64,000 nucleotides of DNA from contig CAKTPM010000005.1 in NCBI GenBank assembly GCA_934591705.1, positions 972 to 64,971 on the forward strand. Reading direction: 5' to 3'. Shown in pieces: positions 18,295 through 26,171 of the stretch. Positions within the stretch are counted from its first letter, which is position 1. Every line of letters begins with the position of its first letter. The notes under the pieces were generated by a model that did no database searches, was not told where the DNA came from, and was given only the letters and a program-made list of their open reading frames with translations. This DNA is from an uncultured Oscillospiraceae bacterium. GTDB lineage: Bacteria > Bacillota > Clostridia > Oscillospirales > Oscillospiraceae. A program made the translations under genes and the position numbers.

Positions 18295-20273
18295 GTTTCC
18301 TCTTCCTCCTCCCGGCCGCAAATGGTACACCTTCCGTCCGCATAGGTATGCTCTCCGGTCTTCGGCAGCACATCCGTCACGGTGCCGGAGACCGCCGTAC
18401 CGTCGATGGTGCCGGCGGCCCGGTAGATGATGCAGCCGTCCTGTCCGCAGGTGGGCTCCCGGCGGTCGATGACCTCCAGGGTGCATGGGATGCTCCGGTG
18501 AGCGGCGCATCGGGTGCAGGTGAACTCCGCGGTGCAGCTCTCTGCGCTCTCCCGCTGCACCGGGCCCATCTTGTAATCGTGGCCCAGGGCCGGGATGCTC
18601 CGGGTACTTATCTCGCCGCATTCCGTGCAGGTGAGGGTCATTTCCCCGGGCGCCTCGCAGGTGGGCGCCGCCGCGACCGTCTCCGCCCAGGTGTGGACAT
18701 GGGCCTCCTGCGCCTGGCCGCAGACCGCGCATTTTCCGTTTTCAAAAACATGCTGCGGCGTATAGGTGCCCCCCAGCCATGTGCCGCAGTAGAAGGGTAA
18801 GGTCCCCCGATTGCCGGCGGCCGCCGCGCCGCCGATATCCTTTCCGTAGGCCAGGGTGAACACCAAGCTCAGCACATCGCCGTCATCCAGGTAGACATTG
18901 CTCAAGCTCTGGCCGGGATAATAGCCGTTGACGGAGAACATCCAGCCGGAGCCCACGGTGTAGTCAAATTCCCCCAAGGAGTCCTTATAGGCGGCCGGGC
19001 GCTTGATCTCCCAGCCGTCCAGGGTTAGGAGATTTTTAAGCTCCGCGGGGATCTGCGCATCGGCAAAGGCGCCGCCTCCGCTGATACGCTGCAGATAATA
19101 GCCCACCTCTTTTGTGCCCTTGGCGGAAACGGTAAAGCCCATATCCTCCAAAAAGCGCGCCGCCAGATAGGAGGCCGCCTCCCCCTGGCGCACATCGTAG
19201 GTCTCGCTGTCCACGATCCCCATGCCCAGGGTGGTGAGATCCAGCCGCAGCGTGGCCGCGCCGATCACCTGACCCTCCTCGGAAAAGAGGTAGTCGATGG
19301 TGTATTTTTTATAGGAGGAGCTGCCGTTATCGTCCCAGGCGATGACCTCCACGGTGTGGCGGATGCTGTCCCCCACCGTGCCCGGCTTCAGATAGAGCGG
19401 ATACTCCACCGTGCTGCCGCCGGTATACTGGGTGATCTCCACACCGTCCAGCAGCACCCGCAGGTGATTGTGATAGATGGCGCCCCGGCTGTTATAGGCG
19501 GTGACCTGCAGGGTGAAGTTCTTGTTTCTTACGGTGTTGCCCTCGTCCCGCAGATTGGTGACGATGGTGGGGGGGTCCTCTCCCACCTGGGCATTGTCGC
19601 CATCCGCCATGGGGGCCTGGTAATGCACGGTCTTTGTAACAGTCTGCAGGAGCGTGCCGTCCTGATAGACCAGCAGGGTGAAAACATTCTTCCCCTGCTG
19701 CAGGGCGGCGGAAAACCGCCCGCCGGCGCTGCCGCTGAGCCGCCGACCCTCTAAGAGGACCCGGACAGAGGCGCCCTTCTCCGCATTTTGCAGGTAGGCA
19801 TAAAACTGCAGCTTTCCCTCCGGCAGCTCACCGTAGGGGATGGTCCTGTTCTTAAGATCCGTCACCAGCTGCATCCGGGGCTTCTCGGTGTCGGTCTTAT
19901 CCTTGTCGGCGGGGGAGCCCTCCTGCTCCTTCTTCTCCTCGCCCCCGGCGCCGCCGCCGGGCTGCTGGGTCTCGGTCTGCTGCTCCTTGGGCTCCGGCTT
20001 ATCCTGGGGCTGCTGGGACTCCCCCTCCCGGTTTTCCTCCGGGGCCTGGGTCTCCTCCGGTGCCGCGGCGTCATACCGAAGGGGCACCGGCCGCAGGTTC
20101 ACGCCGCGAAAGGCCCGATCCGCCGGGGCGGCGGGCGGCGTATGGGCAGCACCTCGCAGCAGCAGCGCTGCCGCCGCCAAAAGCGCGGCCAAGAGCACCA
20201 GCCCGGATAGCCGGAGTATATACGGTTTTTTATTTCTGCGATCGATCTTCATTCCCATTCCGGCCTTTTTCAT
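18291..20273 (-). CDS. Signal-anchored membrane protein with a disordered P/E/Q linker, a DUF4430 domain and a Cys-rich (4x CxxC) C-terminal tail.
   Basis: N-terminal KKPYILRLSGLVLLAALLAAAALLL TM segment. DUF4430-like ASYLAARFLEDMGFTVSAKG...EFDYTVGSGWMFSVNGYYPGQSLSNVYLDDGDVLSLVFT. CAVCG, CTECG, CTRC, CTICG motifs near the C-terminus. Confidence 0.7.
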   Translation of the reverse strand: MKKAGMGMKIDRRNKKPYILRLSGLVLLAALLAAAALLLRGAAHTPPAAPADRAFRGVNLRPVPLRYDAAAPEETQAPEENREGESQQPQDKPEPKEQQTETQQPGGGAGGEEKKEQEGSPADKDKTDTEKPRMQLVTDLKNRTIPYGELPEGKLQFYAYLQNAEKGASVRVLLEGRRLSGSAGGRFSAALQQGKNVFTLLVYQDGTLLQTVTKTVHYQAPMADGDNAQVGEDPPTIVTNLRDEGNTVRNKNFTLQVTAYNSRGAIYHNHLRVLLDGVEITQYTGGSTVEYPLYLKPGTVGDSIRHTVEVIAWDDNGSSSYKKYTIDYLFSEEGQVIGAATLRLDLTTLGMGIVDSETYDVRQGEAASYLAARFLEDMGFTVSAKGTKEVGYYLQRISGGGAFADAQIPAELKNLLTLDGWEIKRPAAYKDSLGEFDYTVGSGWMFSVNGYYPGQSLSNVYLDDGDVLSLVFTLAYGKDIGGAAAAGNRGTLPFYCGTWLGGTYTPQHVFENGKCAVCGQAQEAHVHTWAETVAAAPTCEAPGEMTLTCTECGEISTRSIPALGHDYKMGPVQRESAESCTAEFTCTRCAAHRSIPCTLEVIDRREPTCGQDGCIIYRAAGTIDGTAVSGTVTDVLPKTGEHTYADGRCTICGREEEEET

Positions 20274-20301
20274 CCAGTTTCTTATGTCCGGTGCTGTCTT
20301 C

Positions 20302-20570
20302 TGTAAAAAAGAACGCCGCCTTGCAAGGCAGGGCGGGCGTGCCGATCATCCTCCGAAGAAATGAGGTCGGGCGGAAGCGGCACGGCTTCATGCCGCTTCC
20401 GCCCTATGGAAAAGCTGACGGCCCTGCGTCGACCGTCCTGGCTTAGCAAAGGGGATGCAGCGCATCGTTTCACCTGACGAAAAAGGCCGACTGTCCAAGG
20501 ACAGCCGGCACCTGACACATAAAAACGGCGCTGACGAATTCGCCAGCGCACACATCTCTTTTCGTCACAA
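20302..20570 (-). terminator. Series of intrinsic-terminator-like hairpins inside the operon leader: 20536-20570, 20488-20520, 20410-20438, 20302-20337.
   Basis: Minus strand: GCGCTGGCGAATTCGTCAGCGC+CGTTTTT; GCCGGCTGTCCTTGGACAGTCGGCC+TTTTT; GACGGTCGACGCAGGGCCGTC+AGCTTTTCC; CGCCCTGCCTTGCAAGGCGGCG+TTCTTTTTT. The last one is about 30 nt before the ATG at 20273. Confidence 0.5.
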
Positions 20571-20639
20571 CGATGAAGCGCCGCTGTAAACAAGCTCTCG
20601 ACCGTGCAATTCTACTGCCCTCGCGCCATGAAACTCTCG

Positions 20640-20875
20640 TTTCTGCGTACATGACCTACCTTCTCAGAGCTTGCGCTCCAATGGCGGTATTACCCAGCGG
20701 CTCAAAGCCGTTTCGGTCACTTCCTTGCGCTCACAGTGCCGTCCGCAGTGGGTTTCGGTACCCATATTCCTTTTAGACTGCTGCCTGATGAGGTGTCATC
20801 TTTGCGGCAAACAGTCACACGGCGTCACAGAACTTTTTCGATATTCTATTGGGTGCAGAGCTCCCCTCCACACCA
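20640..20875 (-). ncRNA. Candidate second cobalamin-riboswitch-like element in the leader of the DUF4430/dockerin operon.
   Basis: Downstream of a consensus promoter, the minus-strand sequence AAAAGGAAUAUGGGUACCGAAACCCACUGCGGACGGCACUGUGAGCGCAAGGAAG contains the B12-box-like core (GGAAU..GGGU..GAAACCC..GCGGACGGCACUGUGA). It is weaker than the 5980-6150 element, but the two share the CGG(U/C)CACUGUGA core. Confidence 0.4.
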
Positions 20876-20881
20876 TGAAAA

Positions 20882-20910
20882 ACTATACACCAAATCCCGT
20901 GGTATGTCAA
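20882..20910 (-). promoter_or_regulatory. Sigma-A-type promoter TTGACA-17-TATAGT for the DUF4430/dockerin operon leader.
   Basis: Minus strand TTGACAtaccacgggatttggtgTATAGT, located immediately after the cobC stop. Confidence 0.6.
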
Positions 20911-20932
20911 GGGAGCTCCGCAAATATTCTCC

Positions 20933-21490
20933 TTATTCCGGGATGGGCGCATAGCCCACCGGCCGGCCCTCCTCGAAGGTCACGGTGTAGCCCGTGCCGG
21001 GCTTCCGGGGATAGGTAAAGCGGTCGCCGCCGAACCACTGCATCATCAGGTTGGCGATGACCCCGCCGTGGATGACGCATACGGCGTCCCCCTCCCCTGC
21101 CAGCACCTGGGCGATGGCGGCCATGTTCCGGGCCACCACCTCCGGCACGCACTCGCCGCCGGGACAGGGAAGGTGCTCGGGATCCTGGATCCACTGCAAA
21201 AAGGCCGGGTCGTCCTTCAGTTCTTCATAGGAATGCATCTCAAAGATGCCGAAGTCCATCTCCTGAAGGCCGGGGAGCCGGGTATGGGGCAGCTCCCCAT
21301 AGATGGCCCGGAAGGTCTGCTCCGTGCGCAGAAGGCCGCTGGTATAGTAGCGCGGGGCGGTGGGGAAATCCGCCGCCCGGGCGTGGAGCTCCGCCAGAGC
21401 GTCCTCTAAGGCCGGTATATCGGCCACGCCATAGTAAAGGTCGTGTAGACTGCCCTCCGTCTGCGCATGGCGCAGGATGGTCAATTTCAT
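20933..21490 (-). CDS. cobC: Histidine-phosphatase family protein; probable alpha-ribazole phosphatase.
   Basis: RHAQTE motif (LTILRHAQTEGS) of the phosphoglycerate-mutase/histidine-phosphatase fold. Last gene of the cobTUS cluster. ATG overlaps the upstream stop (ATGA). Confidence 0.7.
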   Translation of the reverse strand: MKLTILRHAQTEGSLHDLYYGVADIPALEDALAELHARAADFPTAPRYYTSGLLRTEQTFRAIYGELPHTRLPGLQEMDFGIFEMHSYEELKDDPAFLQWIQDPEHLPCPGGECVPEVVARNMAAIAQVLAGEGDAVCVIHGGVIANLMMQWFGGDRFTYPRKPGTGYTVTFEEGRPVGYAPIPE

Positions 21491-21837
21491 TTCAAAATCT
21501 CCTCCAGTCCGCAAAGAATACGCACCACCCGGCGGCTGCGGCGGGCCAGGGTCTGCAAAAAGGTGCCGTGGGCCTCCCGCCAGGACCGCTCAGCGGCATC
21601 CATCGGCACGATGCCGCCGCCCACCTCCCGGGAGACCACAACGGCCTCCTCGAAAAGCGGCAGATACCGCTCTAAGTCCGCCTCCCGGCGGCTGAGGGCC
21701 TCCAGGTGAAGGTAGCACCGCCTGCCGGGCACCGGGTCCTCCCGGGCCAGGTCGCAGATGTCCTCCGGCCGCAGGTCGTAGGTTTTTACCGCATAGGCAC
21801 ACTTTCCCTGAAAGGCGCCGCCAATGATCAAGATCAT
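21487..21837 (-). CDS. Short CobU-like protein with a degenerate P-loop (GGAFQGKC) and no central region.
   Basis: MILIIGGAFQGKCAYA resembles the CobU N-terminus (VTGGARSGKS). VVVSREVGGGIVPMDAAERSWREAHGTFLQTLA resembles the CobU C-terminus ([25 protein letters not shown]). Only 116 aa. Confidence 0.5.
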   Translation of the reverse strand: MILIIGGAFQGKCAYAVKTYDLRPEDICDLAREDPVPGRRCYLHLEALSRREADLERYLPLFEEAVVVSREVGGGIVPMDAAERSWREAHGTFLQTLARRSRRVVRILCGLEEILK

Positions 21838-21841
21838 ACTC

Positions 21842-22567
21842 TCACCTCACACATACCGCCACTAACGCCCCGGCCAGCTCTCCCAGGGTCAGGGCAAAGC
21901 CGGAGACATCACCGGACATTCCCCCCAGCTGGCGGCCGGCCCACAGAACACAAAGCCAATATACCGCTGCCGCCGCGAGGGCCGCGAAGCTGTGCCACAG
22001 AAAAAGCGGCAGCACAGCGGCCAGCGCCAGCAGCAGGGCGCTCCACACCACCGGCGCCGGCTTATGGGCCAGGGCCGCATACTGGCTGGTGCCCATAGGC
22101 CGCAGGGTCTGCACCGCCAGGGCTGCCGCCCCACGGCTGGCCACCGGGATAAAAAGCAGGGCCCCCCAGGGTACCCAGGCGCCCAGGAAGGCGCTCCATT
22201 GGCACAGGGCCAGCAGCACCATGCCGATGACGGCGAAGGCCCCGCAGCGGGAGTCCTTCAGGATGCGCTGGCGGGTCTCCAGATCCCGGCGGGAGAGCAC
22301 CGCGTCGCACACATCCATGTAGCCGTCCAGGTGGAAAAAGCCCGTGACCAGCCAGGGGGCGGCGGCGCAGAGCACAGCCCCCAGAGCTGCCGGCAGAAAG
22401 CCGCTCAGCCAGGCGCACAGCACCCAGAAGCCCCCCACGACGGCCCCGATAAAGGGCAGGGCGCAGAGCATCTGCCCCCGGGCCGCCTCATCCCAACGCT
22501 TATAGGGACAGGGCACCGCCAGAAACATGCCCCAGGCCATGAAAAAGCCCGTTATGCATTTTTTCAC
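21842..22567 (-). CDS. cobS: Adenosylcobinamide-GDP ribazoletransferase (cobalamin synthase).
   Basis: GFFHLDGYMDVCDAV matches the CobS HxDGxxDxxDA motif. Multi-TM. Probable GTG start overlapping the cobU stop (GTGA). Confidence 0.85.
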   Translation of the reverse strand: MKKCITGFFMAWGMFLAVPCPYKRWDEAARGQMLCALPFIGAVVGGFWVLCAWLSGFLPAALGAVLCAAAPWLVTGFFHLDGYMDVCDAVLSRRDLETRQRILKDSRCGAFAVIGMVLLALCQWSAFLGAWVPWGALLFIPVASRGAAALAVQTLRPMGTSQYAALAHKPAPVVWSALLLALAAVLPLFLWHSFAALAAAAVYWLCVLWAGRQLGGMSGDVSGFALTLGELAGALVAVCVR

Positions 22568-23097
22568 AAGGGCCACTCCCCTTTCCACAGATGCGGCAGA
22601 CCTCCGGACATTTCGCAGACCGCATCGAATTCCGCCGCCAGCCGCCGGGCGATGGCCGCCAGGCCCCGGACATAGACCTCCGTCCAGTCCTCGTATATCT
22701 CGCCGCCGCGGAAAATATCATCGCACACCGCCACAAAGTGCCGCACATGGCGGCTGACGGTCAAAAGCTCCTCCGCCACGATGTCCGGGGCGTTTTCTGC
22801 AAACTCCGCGCCGAACATCCGCTCGGAGAGCGCCGCCGTGACGCTGTCAAAGAGCACGCAGCCCGCCGCCTCCACCTGCTCCAGGGCCCCGGGGAGATCC
22901 CGGGGGCGCTCCACGGTGGCAAAGCCCCAGCCGTCCCGGTCGGCGATGTGCCGGGCGATGCGGGCGCGATCCTCCTCGTCACGGGGGGTCATGGTGGCCC
23001 AGTAATAAAGGGGGCCATCTCCGCCCAGGGCCCGGCACAGGTGCTGGGCCGCGGTGCTCTTTCCGCTTTTGCTGCCGCCTAACAATAAAACTCTCAT
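22564..23097 (-). CDS. cobU: Adenosylcobinamide kinase / adenosylcobinamide-phosphate guanylyltransferase.
   Basis: P-loop VLLLGGSKSGKST. Length about 177 aa. Confidence 0.85.
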   Translation of the reverse strand: MRVLLLGGSKSGKSTAAQHLCRALGGDGPLYYWATMTPRDEEDRARIARHIADRDGWGFATVERPRDLPGALEQVEAAGCVLFDSVTAALSERMFGAEFAENAPDIVAEELLTVSRHVRHFVAVCDDIFRGGEIYEDWTEVYVRGLAAIARRLAAEFDAVCEMSGGLPHLWKGEWPL

Positions 23098-24197
23098 GTT
23101 TTTTCCACCGTAAAGCTGTCGTGGGCCCGTATCTCGTCCAGATAGCCGTCCTCAATGGACGCCTGGGCGAAGGTGGCCATGCCGGCGGTCATGGCACAGG
23201 CCGCCTGCAGGATGCGGAACAGCAGCACGCAGCCGCTGCCCTCCCCCAGGCGCATATCCATGTCCAGACATGGTGTTAAGCCCAATTCCTTTACAGCGAT
23301 CTGATAGCCCACCTCATAGGAGCTATGGGAGAGGAAAAGGGCGTCCTTCACCGCGCCGCACAGGCGCACGGCGCACAGGGCCGCCACCACGGAGATAAGG
23401 CCATCGGCCACCGCCGGCAGGCGCAGCCGGGCGCAGCCCAGATAGGCACCCGTCATGGCGGCCAGGTCAAAGCCCCCCACCGCCGAGAGTACATCCGGTA
23501 CATCCGCCGGATCGGGGCGGTGCAGGGCCAGGGCCTCCTCGATGACCTTCTTTTTCAGGGCAAAGCCGTCGTCCGTCAGGCCGCCGCCGCGCCCCGTGAC
23601 CTCCCGGGCGCTGCGGCCCGTCAGGGCGGCCAGCACCGCCGAGGAGGTGGTGGTGTTGCCGATGCCCATCTCGCCGATGCCCAGAGCGTCCACGCCCGCA
23701 CGCTTGGCCCGCTCCGCTGCCTGAATACCCACAGCCACGGCCTCCAGCACCTGCTGGCGGGTCATGGCCCGCTCCCGGCGGAGATTTTTCGTGCCCGGGG
23801 CGATGCGGCAATTCAGGATGTGCTCATAGGGCAGCGGCGTGGCCACGCCCACATCCACTACCTCCACCTGGTCGCCGAAGGCGGCGGCCATGGCGGACAT
23901 CCCGGTCTTTCCCCGGGTCATGTTGATGCACTGCTGGGCGGTGACGGTGATGGGGGCGCAGGACACCCCCTCGGCCACCACGCCGTTGTCCCCGGCGAAC
24001 ACCGCCACCCGGCAGTGCTCCACCCGGGGGCAAACCGCCCCGGTGAGCCCTGCCAGGCGCACGGCCATGTCCTCCAGCTTGCCCAAGCTTCCCGGGGGCT
24101 TGGCCAGCTCCGCCTGGCGCTTTCGTGCGGCGTCCATCACCCGGCGGTCCGCCGGGGCGATGGACGCGATATAGCTTTTCAGTTCCTGCTCTGTCAT
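23094..24197 (-). CDS. cobT: Nicotinate-nucleotide--dimethylbenzimidazole phosphoribosyltransferase.
   Basis: GEMGIGNTT motif. N-terminus MTEQELKSYIASIAP...LAKPPGSLGKLEDMAVRLAG. RBS GGGAGAAGGGG before the internal ATG; the listed TTG start is upstream. Confidence 0.85.
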   Translation of the reverse strand: MTEQELKSYIASIAPADRRVMDAARKRQAELAKPPGSLGKLEDMAVRLAGLTGAVCPRVEHCRVAVFAGDNGVVAEGVSCAPITVTAQQCINMTRGKTGMSAMAAAFGDQVEVVDVGVATPLPYEHILNCRIAPGTKNLRRERAMTRQQVLEAVAVGIQAAERAKRAGVDALGIGEMGIGNTTTSSAVLAALTGRSAREVTGRGGGLTDDGFALKKKVIEEALALHRPDPADVPDVLSAVGGFDLAAMTGAYLGCARLRLPAVADGLISVVAALCAVRLCGAVKDALFLSHSSYEVGYQIAVKELGLTPCLDMDMRLGEGSGCVLLFRILQAACAMTAGMATFAQASIEDGYLDEIRAHDSFTVEKT

Positions 24198-24955
24198 AAA
24201 TACCCCTTCTCCCTGAGCCAGTCCAGGGAGGGCCGGCAATTCATGTTTTCAATGGTAAAATCCGCCGCCGGGCACTGCTCCAAAAGTGTGTCCAGCACAT
24301 GCTCCATGGGGATGCTTCCCTGCCCCAGAGGGGCGTGGAGATCCCAGTCGCCATCGTTGTTGTGGATGTGTACATGCCGCAGCCACGGGGCAAGCGGCGC
24401 GATCCACTCCCCGGGCGGCAGGGCACTGACCCGGGTGTTGGCGTGGCCCACATCCCAGCAGCAGACCAGCCGGGGGTCATCCACCGCCTCCAGCACGGCC
24501 CGCAGCAGCCGGGGGTCTTCGTCCATGACATTCTCCAGGGCCAGGGTCATGTCCGCCGGCACCTCCCGGAGAAAATCCTGCCAAAAGAGCACCGACTGCT
24601 CTATGAACCATTCCGGGAAGTAGACCATGGGCACATAGCCGTCATGGATGACGATGTGCCGAATACCCAGATGCCGGGCCACGGCCATGGTCTCCCGGTA
24701 GCGGCGGCGGGCGGTCTTTCTCACCAGCGGATCGATGGCGCAGGGGTGGAGCTCTGCAAAGGGCGCGTGGAGCCACAGGCGGTTCTGTCCGGCGGTGTCC
24801 TTCTCCGCGGCGGCCAGGGTGGGGCCGTCCGCCAGCAGGGAGGCCTGACAAAAGGCCGTGACCTCAAAGCCCAAGCCCATTTCCCGGGCAATGCCCGCCG
24901 CCTGGCCGTCGATGCCGGAGAGGCACAGCTTATCCCCCAGGGCTTTTCGCTCCAT
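24194..24955 (-). CDS. Sugar-phosphate isomerase/epimerase (xylose-isomerase-like TIM barrel) family protein.
   Basis: Start MERKALGDKLCLSGIDG after RBS AAAGGAGG. WDVGHAN and HVHIHNNDG motifs typical of the AP-endonuclease-2/xylose-isomerase TIM-barrel fold. Confidence 0.65.
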   Translation of the reverse strand: MERKALGDKLCLSGIDGQAAGIAREMGLGFEVTAFCQASLLADGPTLAAAEKDTAGQNRLWLHAPFAELHPCAIDPLVRKTARRRYRETMAVARHLGIRHIVIHDGYVPMVYFPEWFIEQSVLFWQDFLREVPADMTLALENVMDEDPRLLRAVLEAVDDPRLVCCWDVGHANTRVSALPPGEWIAPLAPWLRHVHIHNNDGDWDLHAPLGQGSIPMEHVLDTLLEQCPAADFTIENMNCRPSLDWLREKGYL

Positions 24956-25065
24956 ATCCCCGCCTCCTTTCGCCATTATCCCCGCTATTATGCCATAGCT
25001 TTTCCCATTTGACAATGGCAGATGTGGAAAAAGCGGGCCTCCCCGGGGGAGGCCCGCTTGGTGAT

Positions 25066-25938
25066 TTACTTGTCCCGCCGGACCATACTGTCCGCCAGGG
25101 CGAAGAGAAAATCGTGATCCGGCCACAGGGCCACCTCCGCCTTGGCCCGCTGGGAGCATTCCAGCACCTTGTCCTGGCAGGCGTCCATGCCCAGGAGGTC
25201 CACCATGGTGACCTTGCCCTCCTGGCGGTCCGAGCCGATGGGCTTGCCGAACACCGCCTGATCCCCCACCACATCCAAGATGTCGTCCCGGAGCTGGAAG
25301 CCCAGGCCGATATGGTCGGCATAGCTGACGGCCTGGCGGCGCATGGCGGCGTTCATCCGGGAGGCAACGCAGCCCAGCTCCGCCGCGGCGGAGATCATCA
25401 CGCCGGTCTTCAGGCGGTTGCGCTGCAGAATGCCCGGCTCCTGCGTCACGCTGCAGAGGGTGTCCAGCACCTGCCCGGCCACCATACCGTCAGCTCCGCT
25501 GGCTCTTGCCAGCACCTGCACCGCCTCGATGCGGCTCTCGGCGGTCATCATCGGTGCCTTGGCAATGAGTCGGAATGCCTCCGGCTGCAGGGCGTCTCCG
25601 GCCAGGATGGCCAGGGTCTCGCCGTATTTCTTATGGCAGGTGGGCTGGCCCCGGCGGAGGTCATCATCGTCCATGCAGGGCAGATCGTCGTGGATGAGAC
25701 TGTAGTTGTGCACCAGCTCCAGGGCGCAGGCATAGGGCAGGGCCAGGCGCCAGTCGCTGCCGCCCTGCCGGGCCATCTCCAGGGTCAGCACCGGGCGGAT
25801 GCGCTTTCCCCCCGCCAGGACGCTGTAGCGCATGGCCTCGTAGAGCCGGCCATAGCCAGTATCGCCCTGAAAGAGGCCCTGCAAATATTTCTCCACCGCC
25901 TCCTGATAGGCGGCGTATTGCTGCTTAAAATCCATCAC
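25066..25938 (-). CDS. ispA: Polyprenyl (farnesyl/geranyl) diphosphate synthase.
   Basis: First DDxxD (LIHDDLPCMDDDDLRRG) and second DDxxD (FQLRDDILD) motifs. Position after xseB. Confidence 0.85.
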   Translation of the reverse strand: MMDFKQQYAAYQEAVEKYLQGLFQGDTGYGRLYEAMRYSVLAGGKRIRPVLTLEMARQGGSDWRLALPYACALELVHNYSLIHDDLPCMDDDDLRRGQPTCHKKYGETLAILAGDALQPEAFRLIAKAPMMTAESRIEAVQVLARASGADGMVAGQVLDTLCSVTQEPGILQRNRLKTGVMISAAAELGCVASRMNAAMRRQAVSYADHIGLGFQLRDDILDVVGDQAVFGKPIGSDRQEGKVTMVDLLGMDACQDKVLECSQRAKAEVALWPDHDFLFALADSMVRRDK

Positions 25939-26171
25939 GCTTCCTCGTCTAAGAAATTGGTTTCCACCGGTGCCCCGTCGGCGCCCTTCATGAGCTTCAC
26001 CACCTGCTGCTCGGCGCTCTCCAGCTCCCGGCGGCAGTCGCCCACCAGGCCGGTGCCCTCCTCAAAGAGCTGCAAGCTCTCGCCCAGGAGGGCATCGCCC
26101 TTTTCCAGCTTGGCCACGATCTCCTCCAGACGCTTCATCTTTTCTTCAAAGGTCATGTTTCCCATATTCAT
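25935..26171 (-). CDS. xseB: Exodeoxyribonuclease VII small subunit.
   Basis: 78 aa. FEEKMKRLEEIVAKLEKGDALLGESLQLFEEG pattern. Follows xseA. Confidence 0.85.
   Translation of the reverse strand: MNMGNMTFEEKMKRLEEIVAKLEKGDALLGESLQLFEEGTGLVGDCRRELESAEQQVVKLMKGADGAPVETNFLDEEA

Noticed and set aside
20282-20593. 103-aa minus ORF and a 56-codon ATG ORF inside the operon leader
   Set aside because: They overlap the stacked terminator hairpins and have no RBS. Their translations are Arg/Pro-rich junk. More likely non-coding leader.
24194-24240. 45-nt overlap between the TIM-barrel gene end and the listed cobT TTG start
   Set aside because: Resolved by choosing the internal ATG (MTEQELKSY), which has a strong RBS and matches CobT N-termini. 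The upstream TTG start is probably spurious.
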